A stretch of 64,000 nt of DNA from Podarcis muralis (lineage: Eukaryota). Below are positions 63,107-64,000 of the stretch, piece by piece. Position 1 is the stretch's first letter. The number at the start of each line of letters is the position of its first letter. Below the pieces are notes generated by a model. That model saw only the letters and a list, made by a program, of their open reading frames with translations. It did not search any database and had not been told where the DNA came from. The translations under genes were made by a program, and so were the position numbers. The DNA lies in NCBI RefSeq assembly GCF_964188315.1, contig NC_135660.1, positions 11,160,001 to 11,224,000 on the forward strand, in the 5' to 3' direction.

Positions 63107-63221
63107 GTAGGTATTACTGAACTTCTTTGAGAGTGAGGGGTTGTGATTGGAAAGGCTTTTGCTAACCTTGTCTCGTGACACCTGTAAAATATATCTCCTC
63201 ATCTTCCCACACCCCTGCTCC

Positions 63222-63248
63222 TTTCTTCTTCTTCTTCTTCTTCTTCTT
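63222..63248. repeat. (CTT)n repeat forming the polypyrimidine tract of the ZMAT3 exon at 63265
   Basis: Direct reading. Confidence 0.9.
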
Positions 63249-63264
63249 GTCTTCACAACACCAG

Positions 63265-63368
63265 GGAGTCATCAGAAGTGGTGGGCAAAAGGAAGATGCG
63301 GAAAGTAGGGAACGAATACAAGATGATGCAGAGCAGACGAAACGTCTATGCCGTCCAGAGTAACACAG
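63265..63368 (+). CDS. ZMAT3: ZMAT3 coding exon 4 (basic linker); last exon not found in window
   Basis: ESSEVVGKRKMRKVGNEYKMMQSRRNVYAVQSNT; (CTT)n-fed acceptor CCAG|G; donor CAG|GTACTT; 104 nt. Confidence 0.93.
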
Positions 63369-64000
63369 GTACTTCTCATATTTGCTGTCGTGGCTAAAAA
63401 ATAACTGCTGTTTCTTTAATACAAAAAGGAACTGAGTCAGCATGACTCATGAAACCTTCCACCTACGTATGCTTGTATATAGGGTGGTCATTGATGGTCT
63501 CTTTGTGGCGTGGGTTGGGTTGGTCAGATGGTTGAAAGCTGGTTGCGTTAATATGTATAAAGCTGTCGGTCGTGGTGGGATAAGAAGACTTTTAAGAATA
63601 AAAGCAGCAATACTCTGCAAAAATACTCTTTCTCAAGGACTCTCTTGTGTCAACTAGGGTCTGAGGACCAGGCAAAGGAGTCAAAGGAGGTCAGAACCTT
63701 TTCTTTTTCAAACACTGACAATTTGCATCCTATTCAGTGTGTGTTATTTCTAGTTGAAGCTAGAGACCTCCTTTTGCATGATAGCAGAGCCAGGTTAGGG
63801 ATGAGAGGCCTTGTGATTCCAGAATCATTGCAGCCAATTACCAGTTCTACATCCATAGCTGAAGCTGTAGCCTGGGACATAGCAAGAGGGAGGTTTACTA
63901 ATACAATAGGGCTGGGCAGGGACCCCCCCACCTGCCCTGTGGCCCTCAGATCACAGCAATTTATCCTGTGCTGCACCCCAAAACAATTCAGGGAGGAGTC

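Noticed and set aside
63369-64000. ZMAT3 final exon (GPYFNPR..., finger 3)
   Set aside because: Not found in any plus frame; presumably beyond the window.

Overview
Vertebrate genomic DNA from a squamate reptile. Sauria SINEs, Bov-B/RTE, CR1, L2 and L1 fragments and hAT/Tigger-like MITEs are all present; a lacertid lizard is my inference. The window holds two head-to-head genes. (1) PIK3CA (PI3-kinase p110alpha) on the minus strand: all 20 coding exons were traced by hand from ATG 22862 to TGA 3045 (3207 nt, 1068 aa; exon lengths match my recollection of the human gene). It has a CpG-island promoter at ~41.7-42.8 kb, a ~19 kb first intron and a 3' UTR running toward the window start. (2) ZMAT3 (Wig-1) on the plus strand: CpG island ~49.7-50.7 kb and four coding exons (55829-56101, 58856-58975, 62940-63106, 63265-63368); I did not find its last exon, so it presumably lies beyond the window end. 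The rest is intronic or intergenic DNA dense in nested transposable elements and microsatellites. I found no new multi-gene system. The best leads are a GC-AG intron in the PIK3CA kinase domain, two candidate 5'-UTR cassette exons (one ATG-free, one uORF-rich), a 6-of-7 substitution cluster in the p110alpha C2 domain, a Bov-B insertion abutting a branch point, an overlapping uORF and a stop-containing tandem donor in ZMAT3, inverted SINEs around ZMAT3 exon 2, an old palindrome in PIK3CA intron 1, and several TE nesting or rearrangement footprints. All comparisons to human sequences are from memory and need database confirmation.
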